Both the position numbers and the translations under genes were made by a program. Positions 14,240 through 26,693 of a DNA stretch of 64,000 nt are shown piece after piece. The notes beneath the pieces were generated by a model. It made no database searches. It saw nothing but the letters and a program-made list of their open reading frames with translations, and was not told the origin of the DNA. The stretch spans positions 11,780,001 to 11,844,000 of the forward strand of contig NC_087252.1 in NCBI RefSeq assembly GCF_037042905.1, read 5' to 3'. How positions within the stretch are numbered: the stretch's first letter is position 1; each line of letters starts with the position of its first letter. The stretch is from Lytechinus pictus (Eukaryota).

Positions 14240-15038
14240 CTAAATGAGGAAACATATGAGGGCAGTCTATTATACATAGGCTTTAATGCAGCCAGGAAAT
14301 ATTTTAAGACTATTTTCTAAACATTGCCTTTCTGAAATAGTATGTTTGCAACTTGGATAAATGTTTGGAGACTATTTTCTAAATGCTGTTTTTTTAAATA
14401 GTATGTAAACTTGAAAACCCTTCAAGCCTAGTTCTTATCCAGTCTTAAAAAGGTAAATATGAATTTCTTTCAAAGGACAATATATAAAAAAAAAAAATCT
14501 TGTATCAATTTCCTTGTCTCGATATTGTCATTATGTTTTTAAAGTGAACTTGATATAAACCACTTTGAAAGATATTTATGTTCCAGATTCCAAAATATTG
14601 AAAATAATTCCTTGTTTGGCATAACCTTACAACAACATAATTATAAATGATTGTCCAATTAAAGAAGAAAAAATAAAAATAAGTGACAGCGTTGGTCGTT
14701 TGATAATTATCGTGTGAACCTAAAAGTAAAACGAGAATCAAATTCGTTGGTAACTGCTGCATTTTTATTACATTTTAAAAGGGTATGGTATACCGGTTTT
14801 CATGGGTAGTAACTACCCACAAAGCAAATATAAAATAAGACTATCTTATTTGAACATACTCAAAGGGAAATCAAAATAACATAAATCTGGCTGTTGGATA
14901 ATATAAATAATGGATAAATTAAAAGAGTATGACTGGATATTTTTTTTTTTTTACTGTATAGGCCAGGTTATTTGAGAGTTAAATTATTGTGATATGATAT
15001 TCCTTAAAACACAAACGATATTTTTGAAAAGTGCTTAC

Positions 15039-15389
15039 TTCTTGCAAACACTTCAAGCTGAACCGCTGCTTTTTCAAAGTAACCTATACCGGTGAACTGG
15101 CACTGGTATTTGTCAGTATCATCCACTGTCAAATCCCTGATCGTCAAGTTAAAATGTTGACTATCCATCGTAAATATGAACTTTAAGGGATTAGAATTCC
15201 TTCGTTCACAATCCGGCACACTGCTAGAGCATTCCACAGAAACCAGTGTTCCTATGTCTCTTCTCCTCCATGCGATTCGAAACCGGCTGAGCTGGTACGA
15301 GTAGACACAAGTAAGTTGAATACTATATCCGATGGTAGGGATGTCATCGTTGGCGATCGAGGCGTTGAATTCCCCGAAGCTACAGGTAC
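15039..15389 (-). CDS. Cassette C10 V-Ig exon
   Basis: Open 351-nt phase 1-1 exon (PTIGYSIQLTC...AW...DTDKYQC). Candidate leader donor at 16071 (...SEIVVYLLSIS G|gtgag) but no in-frame ATG found. Confidence 0.78.
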
Positions 15390-16221
15390 CTACCAAAGGA
15401 TAATACTGGTTTACAACAATTCACATGATTATTATAAAATTAATACTTCAGATGCCTACACTGCATGATTATTATTTTTTATTTCTCAAAGATTTAATGG
15501 CGAGTCACATTTTCTCCTTATAAACACTTAAGACGTGTCATTTAGACCCATTTTGGGCCAAGTGTTTGAGTGTGACTCACTTATTATTTACTTAGTAATT
15601 GTTACGGCTTACTTTTTAAACTATTTGATGATTATTTTGTCATTTCGAATCTATTAATAAAGGCCTAAATATTTATTCATTTATTCATCAAACAAGTGTA
15701 CACATAGTTACCTAAAATAAATATAGCATTTCCGATTTTAATGCAGCATTAAAGAGCGCTGACACCTTGTTCACGGGCATTTGGCAATGGCTGGGGATAA
15801 ACTGACTTTCACGCGTCTAGTGAGGCGCCTTAGACCACTCACCAAAGGCATACTACACTAGCACACACATCTTCACGCACCGATGCCTCTACATACATAC
15901 CTACAATGTAATACTAGATTGGAAGTAAATAATCATTCTACCTACCATTACAATACACCAAAATTGAGAAGAGGAATCCTTTCAAAGTACCGAATATCAT
16001 TATTGATGTTGATTTTGTAAAAAATGACCGTGACCTCTTTACTTGAAGAAAATGTGTTATCCTAGCTCACCAGAAATCGACAAAAGATACACAACGATTT
16101 CTGAATACCATGACAAAATAAATTCGCGATCCCCTCGTTTAACCGGAAAGCATCAAAGGCATGAAACTAAAACAATATGCTGATACTTGTCACTTCAAAA
16201 GAGGGATGTGATTCGTGCCAT

Positions 16222-16239
16222 GCCAAAAGAGGGCGCCAC
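16222..16239 (+). promoter_or_regulatory. CTCF-like motif upstream of the C10 candidate leader
   Basis: gCCAaaAGAGGGCGCcac, the closest match to the CCASYAGRKGGCRS core among these sites. Confidence 0.5.
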
Positions 16240-16879
16240 TTTGCTTTCAAACCAAAAACTGTTTGCGACGACACAAAAGTGACAAAACCATAAGTGTTTT
16301 AGAGTATTTTCAAACAAGAACTATGACAGTAACGGATGATTTGGTATTTTTCTCATGAGATCGTTAGTTTCGTGTAGACCGTATCAATGGTTACCCGACA
16401 AGATGACTTAATTGATTGCATTTTGCGCGAAAGCTGCAGGTCTAAATATTGTAGGGTAATTTAAAACAATAGCCATCTGAAAGAAATCAAAAATATACTA
16501 GGAGCAGTTTTCATAAATGCCATTATTCTAGGTATACTAAATACGTCGTATCACTATGTCGACACTTTCAGTGACTTCGTCCCTATTTAGTCTTAGTACC
16601 TGCCATGATGATAGCGGGCGCCTCTATATTTTGAAATAATATTGTCCCATTTTCTACGACACCTAGCTCTAAATTTGAGTAGGCCTACCCTTTAGAAAAA
16701 TGTATATTTTTTTATCATGATCTCGCTGTCTTTTCATCCGGATATTGAGGATAGTTTTGATCGCATGTTCGATTTTATGATGTTTCTATTTTGACTAGAC
16801 AGACAACTATATTGCTCCTTTACCTTTCTGAAATAAATATGCAGATGGATAATGTTGCTTGGAGAACCATTTTCAGTTC

Positions 16880-17245
16880 CCGATGGAAAAGGGATGATGG
16901 TTGCTACCCTGTGAGATACGTAGCGTTGGCCTTCAACAACATTGATTTGATTCATGACATGGATAGTTCAACATCGGTGTTCCATTCAATAAGAGCCGGT
17001 TGACGTGCCCCTTGTACAGTGCATGTTATGTCTTGTGGGTCACCCGTCGTCATGGTAATGTAAGAGTTTTCATGGTATCCTCCATGAGACTGAATATCGC
17101 TGATGATTACGTCACTAGGTGGAGCTTTAAAAAATAGAATTAGTGAAAAAAACAAAATAGATATCTTACCTGGATATAATACTTCTAATGCCAAAGTCGA
17201 TGATTTTCGTCCATTGTGATTCAGTACAGTGCATGTGTAATTTCC
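16880..17245 (-). pseudogene. Duplicated 3' end of the C9 V exon (17245-17170) plus frameshifted, truncated A exon (17124-~16880)
   Basis: 17170-17245 is near-identical to 18250-18325, including the donor. The A exon has a 1-nt deletion versus the paralog at 4397-4068 (VE-RIQ becomes VELSMS*) and loses homology after TIIP. Confidence 0.75.
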
Positions 17246-17440
17246 GGATAGTGCTGTATCAACTTATATCGTCGGACAGGTTATCAGAATCTGACAACTT
17301 ACCTTCATAATGTTCATTGTAAATATTACAAATTGAAAGTAGAAAAAAATCAATTGAACTATGATTGGCGAAACAGTAATTGTCTGAGTGTGGTAACTAT
17401 CGGATTAAATTCCTCCTTGTTCTTTAATGAAATTCTTTGG

Positions 17441-17752
17441 AGGGCGTATTCTAAAGTCGGGTTTAACTTAGACCATGGTCTAACTCTGTGCTAAAATTAT
17501 GGAGAGCCAAAGGTTTCAAAATTTTGTTTGCAGTGAATGCTTCTCATGTTTACTGTGCTCTTTACGATTTTTTTTAATGGCGAAGAAAACTGTCATACAT
17601 ATCCTTCCCAGGCATTTAATAATGTTTAAGGAGTCAAGTGAGCTGATACATTGAACTTCTACTGTTTTAGATTTAAGTAACAACTAGCTTTCCATAGTTA
17701 AACCACAAATTAAACCAGAGTTCAAATTAAACCCGACTTCAGAATACGGGCC
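17441..17752. mobile_element. MITE with PIF/Harbinger-like termini
   Basis: GGGCGTATTCTAAAGTCGGGTTTAA...TTAAACCCGACTTCAGAATACGGGCC inverted termini. Confidence 0.7.
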
Positions 17753-18249
17753 ATTATGTTTATCCTCGACTGTAAATCTGGAACAAGAATTATGATAAAG
17801 AGTGGCTGCCCAGGATGCATTAGACGATATTTCATCTCCTGCTTGTTCCAGGGCTTCCTCCCGACTTATTTTCAGATCGAACATAAAATCTTATTTACTG
17901 GGTGGAAGATAATAATGTGATATATAAAAACGCATTAAAACGCATGCAACAAATATCGTTATTTGCTATTGTTATTTGACGATTGATGAACTGAATACAA
18001 TCTGCAATAGATCATTTGCACACCAAAGGGTGACTGAAAATGTTACAGAATTTGTTTTCATGCGTTTCCCGGCACCCATAGACAGCATCGAAACCTCTTG
18101 TCTCTTAATAACGTTTTTCGGCATCCTTGCAATACATATATGATTTATGGAATTGGCATTCTTTACCAGGATAAGATTACACACAGTCTCTGTATCACGG
18201 CAAAAATGAGTTTCAGGAATAGTCTGAAATAACAAAATATATATCTTAC

Positions 18250-19714
18250 CTGGATGTAATACTTCTAATGCCAAAGTCGATGAATTGCGTCCACTGTGAT
18301 TCAGTACAGTGCATGTGTAATTTCCATTATCGTCAGTATTCAGATTGTTTATTATAAGGAACGTCCTTTGGTCATCCCCTATCAATTTAAATTTTGGTTG
18401 TTTTGCTGTCAAGTATTGAGTTTTGTTGTTTCCCTCATCAAAGGTAGCAATGATGTTCCCTTGGTCATGTGACCATTTTATCACGCTACCTGGTAATGGA
18501 GTCCAATAGCTGCACGTCATTGTGAAATCCTCTCCCATGATGGGTAAGTTAACCGGTGGTTGTAGTGCCACTGTTAATTCCGCCAAGCAATCTAAAGAGA
18601 TCAAAATGAAATGAAAATGTCAGAAAGCATAATATTTCTACTATCACTTTTTTCCACTTATCACACAAGTATTTTTTTACCTATTCTACTACTTCTGCTG
18701 CAGTTTATTTTAATTTGGTGATAATTATTAGGATATACTCGTTGACAAAAACAAAGAATTGTGACAAAAAATCTTTAATGGGTGTTTCTGGAGCCCTTGG
18801 TACGAAAGATCAACATTGGAGCTTTTTATCAACAAATTTCATTGAATTTAATCCTTAATTTTCCAATCTACATGTATGTAAAAATTACCGTTAGAACGTA
18901 ACAAAAGGGATTTTACAATTTTTCACAGCTCCTTTTGCTCCATTTCATTGTAATTAATGACGGACCATAATATGCCAATTTATAAAAAACACATTGTGAC
19001 ACTGTAGCAAATTGAACACAAAATATAATCGCAGTAACACAAAAATTGGATAATTTGATGTTGAAAAAATTAAAAAATCTTTGGAGATTCTGTGATTTTT
19101 GGTTCACTCCGATAAATCTTATACATTCTTTAGTGATGTCTTTTTCTTCTTTCCTGGTAAATAAATTTTACTGTATTAAATCCTTACTTTTCAAATCTGC
19201 ATGTAGAAATTAACGTTTGAACGTGAAAAAAAAGGGGTTACAACTTTTGATAGCACGATTTGCTCCATTGCATTGTAATTTGTGACGCACCATAACTTGC
19301 CAAATTATTATTAAAAAATCATTGTGACACTGTAGCAAATTCAACACAATATATAATCGCAGTAACACAACAATGGGATAATTTAATGAAAAAAAAAGTC
19401 TTTGGAAACTGTGATTTTTGGTTCACTTCGATAAGTTTTATACATTAATTAGTAATGTCTTGGTTCTTTCCTGGAAACACGGATTGTCGCTTCATCTTTT
19501 GTTTGTGGTAAGAAAATTAATCCTCGATAAAAGAATAAAATTGGGAAAAAAGGATAACATAGGTGCGGAAGAAAAAAATAAAGGAGCTATAATATATGCC
19601 CTTAATATTATCATGGAAGCTGTAAATGAAACAAATAAATCGTTTGAAATAATTGTTACACTTACCTTTGCCAAATAATAACAATAAGACCAAATAAAGA
19701 TAACGAGAGGCCAT
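18250..19714 (-). CDS. Cassette C9: leader + V-Ig exon (downstream A exon is a pseudoexon)
   Basis: Leader 19714-19666 (MASRYLYLVLLLLFGK, GTAAGT donor). V 18591-18250 (PIMGEDFTMTC...KW...DNGNYTC), phase 1. Confidence 0.8.
18900..19475. repeat. Intronic direct duplication (2 copies, about 325-bp period)
   Basis: CATTGTGACACTGTAGCAAATT...ATAATCGCAGTAACACAA...TGTGATTTTTGGTTCACT repeated at about 18990 and 19320. Confidence 0.8.
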
Positions 19715-20761
19715 TCTCTGGGAGTAACATGTAAAGTTGAAGTGACTATCGGTTAAAAAGTCTCGACTTGACGAAATGGGTGTTACTAAACTTATAATTC
19801 AAAAGACAATGGATAAACAAAATTGGTTCCCGACGTGTTCCAATTCTGACGAATGTGCCTATGCGATACAAATGATAATATGATCGTTTAAATATATAAT
19901 TCCTCTAGATTGAAAGGTCACATATTCATGTGAAACGTCATGTTTGTTTCTCAACGACAGAGTGTGCTGTTTGATAAAAGCAAAACTGGCTTCATGATTT
20001 CTTGCTTGATAATTCCATTGTTTAGTTTTATCATGGACATTTACATCTAGTCCTTATTTTTATTGTGAAGGCAAATAATTGTTCCAAAATGTCTGACACG
20101 AGGCAAACATTGCTTAATAAATACTTTCTATTAATGTTATAAATTTTCTTCGAATCAATGACAATAATTCAACTATCAAAGTCGGTATGTCTTCACACGT
20201 ATATAGTAGTAACAGTAATTTTCCTGGGAAGCGGGGTAGTCGGGCTGCAGAAGCACCCCTAATATTTTCGTGGGGGTGTTGCGTGTGTTATTCTCCAAAA
20301 CTTTTCTTCCTTGTCAAATTTCTCGCGACAAAATGACCTTCATTTTGTAGTGTAATGTTTTGTGCTTGCCAAATGAAATCAGCACCCCCTGTAAAAAAAA
20401 ATAGTTTCTAGGGTCCCGGTAAAGGTCTACTTACATACAACACTAAGGACTCAAATCTTGAAAACGTGTTAGACTGTTGGATAATTATTCAGTGGATATG
20501 AAGTACTTGAAAACTAGACAATATCCGTCACTTAATCTTAAAGAAAGCCTGAAAAGATATGATACCTTGAAATAAGGTTACTGTAATTAACTGCTCTTAC
20601 TACTAATATCGAAGGAATATTTGTTTTGGTTCAAGTTGACCAAACCACCACTTTAGAAAAAGCTTCCGATTGTCAATGAAAAGGACTGCTTTGGGTATTA
20701 GAGTGATTGTGGTATTCCTACTATAGATCAGATGGCAATAGCCAAATTCTTCGATTCTGAA

Positions 20762-21283
20762 CCCGGGGGGGGGGGGCACTCAGTATATAGGGCATAGTGG
20801 GTATGTGCCGCGGAGGGGACCCCATTTTTACACTCAAAATTCCGTTCCGAGGCATAGCATTTTTGTCTTACTGAGAAAAAGAACAAAGAAAGCCGGTCCA
20901 GAGCATAGCATTTCCTTCTTCTCGAGAAAAAAAGAAGAAAAAAAATCCGCTCCAGGGCTTCGCATATTTTCCGTTACGCCGTTCCAGTCGCAATTTTGGT
21001 GAAAAGCGGTCGCAGCTCGCTGTCCGACCATGATTGCCTCTGCGCTAGCGCGCCCGTCAGTCGTGCCGCCGGGCTAACTGCATGTACGTTCCATAGGGAT
21101 GCATATGCACTCGCACGCAGGCGACCCGTTCCAAGGACCCCCGTTTTCACAAACATTTGTAGTTCCGAAGCCCGTTCCGAGGACCCTCCTTTTTACAATG
21201 AGCCCGCTCCAAGGCCTCCGTTTTTTGTCTCTCCCGCGGCACACCCCTACCACTTTTTTGGTCGAATGCCCCCCCCCCCCGGG
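20762..21283. mobile_element. GC-rich MITE with 8(-9)-bp TSD
   Basis: (G)ATTCTGAA|CCCGGGGG...CCCCCGGG|ATTCTGAA. Confidence 0.8.
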
Positions 21284-21697
21284 ATTCTGAAAACAAGGAA
21301 CAAGTCGTTTACACTCGGGAAACGGAGCAGCACCGTGACGAATTTTCAATAACCCAATTAAAACTGTTGAAAGTGCAGTCCTTGTGAGGCCAGTTGCATG
21401 ATAGTTAATATTAGTGTTATATTTGCAATTTAATGGTAACTCCCAATGTTAAAATGTATGGTTCAATTACAGGACGATGACAATGATTTAATATCGTAAC
21501 GTTAGTCAGCTCTAGAGGGCGGACGGATTTGGATATCATTATAGGCAATTCTAATCACGACGTTAGTTTTCCTCCAACATAAATAAGTAGGTAGAAGTAT
21601 TTCTAAATTCAGTGTGTGATTATTTGTAAGAATTTAATGTATTAGCTATGCCCATATGAAGCGAAAAACAACTTGCACTAATCAACCATTTTTTTTT

Positions 21698-21730
21698 CAT
21701 GTTTAGCCGATACCCGGTGATCGCATTTAA
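21698..21730 (-). pseudogene. Remaining piece of the C8 FN3 exon on the far side of nested MITEs
   Basis: Translates as LNAITGYRLNM versus LNPFTWYRLTL in the intact FN3 exon. Confidence 0.5.
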
Positions 21731-21734
21731 TGTT

Positions 21735-22204
21735 GTAACACACACTTGATCCGGGCATTATTTCTTCTAAGATATTGGTTTATTGGTAGGCACTGGAGGA
21801 TCCGGGGGGGGGGGGGGGGGGGGATGGGGGGCACAGCCGGCCCGTGCCCCTTTTAGACTCACAATCAAATTTATATGCTGTACTAACACTACTGTGGTCC
21901 CCTTTTGAAAGTGAGGACTTTTTTGGCCTTTTCAAATTGTTTCGTGGACGAAATGAACTTAAAATTTGGGTTAAAACTTTTTTGGGGGGCTTGTCAAATG
22001 TTCATCAGAGCGGGAAAATGTGCCACTCCCTTTTGGAAAATCCTGGATCCGCCCCTGTTTTTAGGGTTGCAATAGGGTTGTTTGTTAGGTTTAGGGTTCG
22101 GTTTATGATAGGGTATTTGTAAAATCCAGGCTTGATGTTGATCATTTAATTAGTGTGTGGAATTAACAGCAGAATAATTGTCGCTAGAGCAAATTTATTG
22201 AACT
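21735..22204. mobile_element. TTAGGG-core MITE with a nested G-run MITE (21791-22057), interrupting the C8 FN3 exon
   Basis: Similar to 13632-13800 and 10623-10933; FN3 codons resume on the other side. Confidence 0.55.
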
Positions 22205-22206
22205 TT

Positions 22207-25128
22207 TTATTCGTCTAGTTCAGAGGATGTCTCTGTAAAGTTGGTGACAACACCACACTCTCCCTTCTTTACTAGTGTATTGTTTGGACAGTATTCCAGA
22301 TTGAACGTCTGTTGATACCTTCCATCGAACCCTGGTTGCCAGGCAACGAAGAGAGTTGAAGATGTCGTCTGGTTTTGGTCGATGAAGAGCAGGGGAAGTC
22401 GATCTGAGATATCTATAATGTACAAAGGGGTTGGGGGGGGGGGGGTAATTGATAACTATATCATTATATATCACAATTGCCTTTTCTTTTTTGAGTAAAT
22501 ATATAAAAAAAATCAGCTGAGGGAACATTGTGGATGACAAGGCAACGGCATAAAGTAATGAGGTGATACACTAATGAGTGGATACTCACAAGAAAAGTTC
22601 AAAGTCGCAGTGGCATTACCAAGAACGGTAATCACGTGACATTCATATTTCCCGGAATGCATTCGTTGAACATCATTGATGATAAGGCGACTAGTTGAAA
22701 CCGTTTTCCTCTGAACCCTGTCAAGGACAACAAACTGACCTGTGCTGTTGATTATGATCAGCTGGTTGTGGTACCAAGAAAAGTCAATGCTTTTTGGGTT
22801 TGCATCTGATGTACATTCGAATTCGACACTGGTCATGTTGGAAACCGCCTCATCGTTATCAAGGAGTCGAAGAGAAATGATTGGTGGATCTGTGTTGTAA
22901 ATATAAAAGAGTTAGACAGAAATTAAAGGCATATAAAACGTATGAGCTTAACATCATGACGCTTTTAAAGATCAAAGTATGTCAGTAAAATCAAGATAGC
23001 AAAGGCGGGAGCGTGATACTTCTAGATTGATGTGTTTAGAATTCATGAACAATTTGTAAAATTTTTGATTGCCAAACTGTTGCATTTAGGTCTTTTAATC
23101 TATGGGGGTTTTAAAGCCTAATTGAACGAATACATACTCGTATATTGCATTAGATGATCCTTTGCCGTCAAATAAAAACAATAGTATCAATTTTCAGGGT
23201 AGTGAACAGGTTATTTCTCACGTGTAACTTACATACGATATTGAGGACCCTGGTATCGTTCTGCGAAGAAACAACGGGAGCCGCCGACGGTTGGACTACT
23301 TGACAGATAAGCTCTTTCCCATGGTCATATATTGATGGTGTGTAAATAAGAGTACTGGTAGCCTTCCATCGTCCATTCTCATTCCTTTCCGTCCGAATAG
23401 ATGAATTCATCGTGAGGTTTCTTGATTCCACGTACCAATAGATGACTGGAGATGGGTATCCATTGTTTGAAGTACAGTTTATTTTGGTTTCTTCACCAGC
23501 TCTCAGATTGTTGAGCATAATTTTTGGAGTGTCAGGTTGTTCTTTATGCGTTTGTAAAAACAAAAACAAAAACATACATTTGCCAAGTATTAGGGAGGCT
23601 AAACATAAATTATTAGATGTGGGGAACCGTGTATTTATTAATCTCTTAAGAGAAACAAATGTCTAATCAACAAAGACTAAATTTTCAACATGACTCGGAT
23701 ACTTCAATCGCTATCACCTGACAGCGGAACCACTACCGGACAACTCTCTGTGATGAAGCCCATATCTGGCAAATGACAGGTTGTTCCGGAACCTCATTGG
23801 GGCCAAGGCGTCCTCTGGAAAGATGTCTTCTAATTTATATACAATATCCGTATGAGTTGTACAGTTACAGGCTAATACTTACCAGGCATTATTTCTTTCA
23901 GGTTCAAGGTATTTGATCTTATGTTGTCCACAATGCATTGATAGTCTCCTCGGTGACTCATACTCCATTTGCTGATTGTCAATTCAGCGGATGATTCGTC
24001 CGTCTGCCATGTCATCTTTCCGGACTGTGAATTCCAATTTTTGCAATCTCCATCGTTGAAGCATATTTTAGATGCTAAACTTGTCACGTTGTCTTTTGTG
24101 ATCAATATATCAGCATGCTGATTCGAAGGCATAAAATTACAGAGGAGATGAATGTCTTCACCAATACTCGGAACTAAAACGTCAGTCGATAGATTAACAC
24201 TGGTAACTGCGTAGCATACTGAAAAAGGCCAAATATTACATGAACTAAATATATTGTACAATCCAAGTCATAAAGGATACTATGAATAAATTTAGATTGG
24301 TTTGTAACATTGTAATCTTCACAATGTTTCCTGGGAAAATGTTACCGAAAAGCAAACCAAGGCACTATATCTGCTTATGCTTTATAAGTTGATACAATTT
24401 TAAGGAAATAACGTACCGAATATTTTGATCGATACAGTTGTGCTCAATAGTTAGTGAATCCCACCCACTCCTTCATTCTGAGTGTTAACTGTAGACGACA
24501 ACAACAACACTACAATGTTCTGCGAACCCAGAACAACAAAGTTTATTACTTGTAATATTTTTCACCTGAATTCAAACGTAAATATGTAAAGCATAACGGA
24601 ATTTAGAACACTTTAAATATTGTTTTTTTTTCCGGTGGGGCTCACTAACTTTTGACCACCACTGTACGTGGGGAGTGGATAATTTTGTTCATGCTATGAT
24701 TACGATATTCTGTTTTTTCACTACTAGTATACTTTAATTTCATTACGAACATGTAATACACAATACTGATTGATAGTACAAGTAATGAAACTACCAGCTA
24801 CGCAATTGAGAGGGGAAATTGCAATTGCCAACGGAGAATCAGAGCACTGGCGCTAAATTCAAAATATTTATTTGAACTAGACATAATGAATGTCTTTGTT
24901 GAAAAGAGAAAGCCTGTTAGAAAATTTTTTATATATTCCATAAGGTAACATTACAAACAATACGCCCATTCATGTGTATCAGTTAAAATCTAGTTGCCTG
25001 ACACCACAAACCGATGAATAAGCAGGATGAAAATTCAACTCTTTTTAAGATGTTCAAAAGTCATTTACTTTTAGCTTACCTTCCTTCGTTAACAGAAGAT
25101 CAAACCATATCAAAATTACAGCTGCCAT
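22207..25128 (-). CDS. Cassette C8: leader + divergent V + C + D + two-thirds-length FN3 stub
   Basis: Leader 25128-25080 (MAAVILIWFDLLLTKE), V 24218-23883, C 23541-23233, D 22889-22590, FN3 stub 22412-22207 (...TSSTLFVAWQPGFDGRYQQTFNLEYC...SELDE*). Confidence 0.8.
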
Positions 25129-26693
25129 TTGTAGAAGAGAAATGTTATACGAAAACGGTTACAATCATCTTGCATCGAGTGCTTTTTATTCCAGTTCAAG
25201 AAGGAATGAACGATTAATTCACAGAGCAATGAAGGGCATGGCAGATGACGAGATTCTTATAGTGGAATGAATTGAAAAAAAAATCCAAAATCGAAAGTAC
25301 GGAGAGAGAGATAAGTTTCACCTTATTCAATGTTAAACATGACTTCATCTTGCTCTATTGTGAGGCCTGCTTTTGATGCGTTGTTTATAAACGGACACGC
25401 GCGGTTTAGATCTTAAGTACGGGGACAACAGAACGATGTGCGTTTAATAGAAAGTGCTCAGTGTGGGTATAGAATATGGCGTCACGTGTCCAAATAAGAG
25501 TACAATTTCAAGACTACACATTTCTTTAATATAATGAGTGAATGGACATTTGTATTTTGCAGGATGATGGAAGCTCTAAATTATCTTTTAATGATCCCAT
25601 TTGGTCGATGGTATTCATATTCCATACGAGGTTAATACAGTGCTCTGAAATTTAACGTGCCGTAATCTGAAGTCAGAGATGTTCTTAGGTCCATCTGATA
25701 CGCTGGATAACAAACAAATTTTTGAGTTTGTCAACCCATTACCCCGCATATATTGAAACTTATTCGTGCAATTCAGATTTTATTAATTAATTGCTTTGCA
25801 TAAGCCCTAATATATAAGTGCTACAAATTTTCGGTAAGCCCCCCCCCCCCACCCCCTCTTGTCACCATCCATCCAATATGCTTATCCATTTCTTTTACGT
25901 CTCCTTTCCGAACTTGTAATTCAATGGCCATTGAAGATAAGTGACAAGGATGGAATTTTAAGAGTTGAATGTAATACAGATCTTGGGAATGTTTTTGAAT
26001 TTATGGACCATTAGCAACTTTAACAGAATATCATTGCAACATGTTCAAGTAATTACAATATTGATATTATTAAAAAAAAGCAAATGATAAACTATGATAA
26101 AGGTTTAATTACATTTCAAATGAGCAATAAAGTCGGAAACATGAATACTGAAATTACCAATTGTGCTCAATAAGATAAAACATTTCTATATATACTATAA
26201 AAATAGTATTATCTGTTTACGATCTTTCATTTTAAAAGAATAACATGTAGCTCACGAGTCGGTCTTCTTTGAGAGTGTGTTTTAGACAGAATTAATTTCA
26301 GATAGCTTCCAGTAGTTTGCGAACTGTCAAATTAATTCATTTATTTGGTCAACCATTTCATCTTGCCATTTTAATATCGATATTTGGAGCGGGAACGACA
26401 GAGGAAAAATTATAATACAGATAACGTGATGGTTTCCCGCGGTCAGAAAGGTGCAATTACGAAAATGCAACTCGTTCTCGTACTACTAATGTAATGTTTA
26501 GGTCTCAAGGGAGACGTCTTTGATATTCATACTTTCACAAGGCATGACTTCATTCTGCATAGTTGGGGCAAACTATGGAGTTCTATAGGTACATATATGA
26601 TTATCTATCAGCTTTAAATGACTCTTTTAGATTAAAATAAATTTAATAGACAACGACAGGCAAACAAAGTATAATGTAAATGAAAGATTTTAC

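Noticed and set aside
18900-19475. CRISPR-like or regulatory repeat array
   Set aside because: Only two diverged copies in a eukaryotic intron, with no repeat-spacer structure.
20805-21352. Cluster of overlapping ORFs
   Set aside because: They fall within a GC-rich MITE bounded by TIRs and a TSD; no transposase motifs.
22058-22115. Interstitial telomeric repeat
   Set aside because: Degenerate TTAGGG-like core of a dispersed MITE, also present at about 13680-13730.
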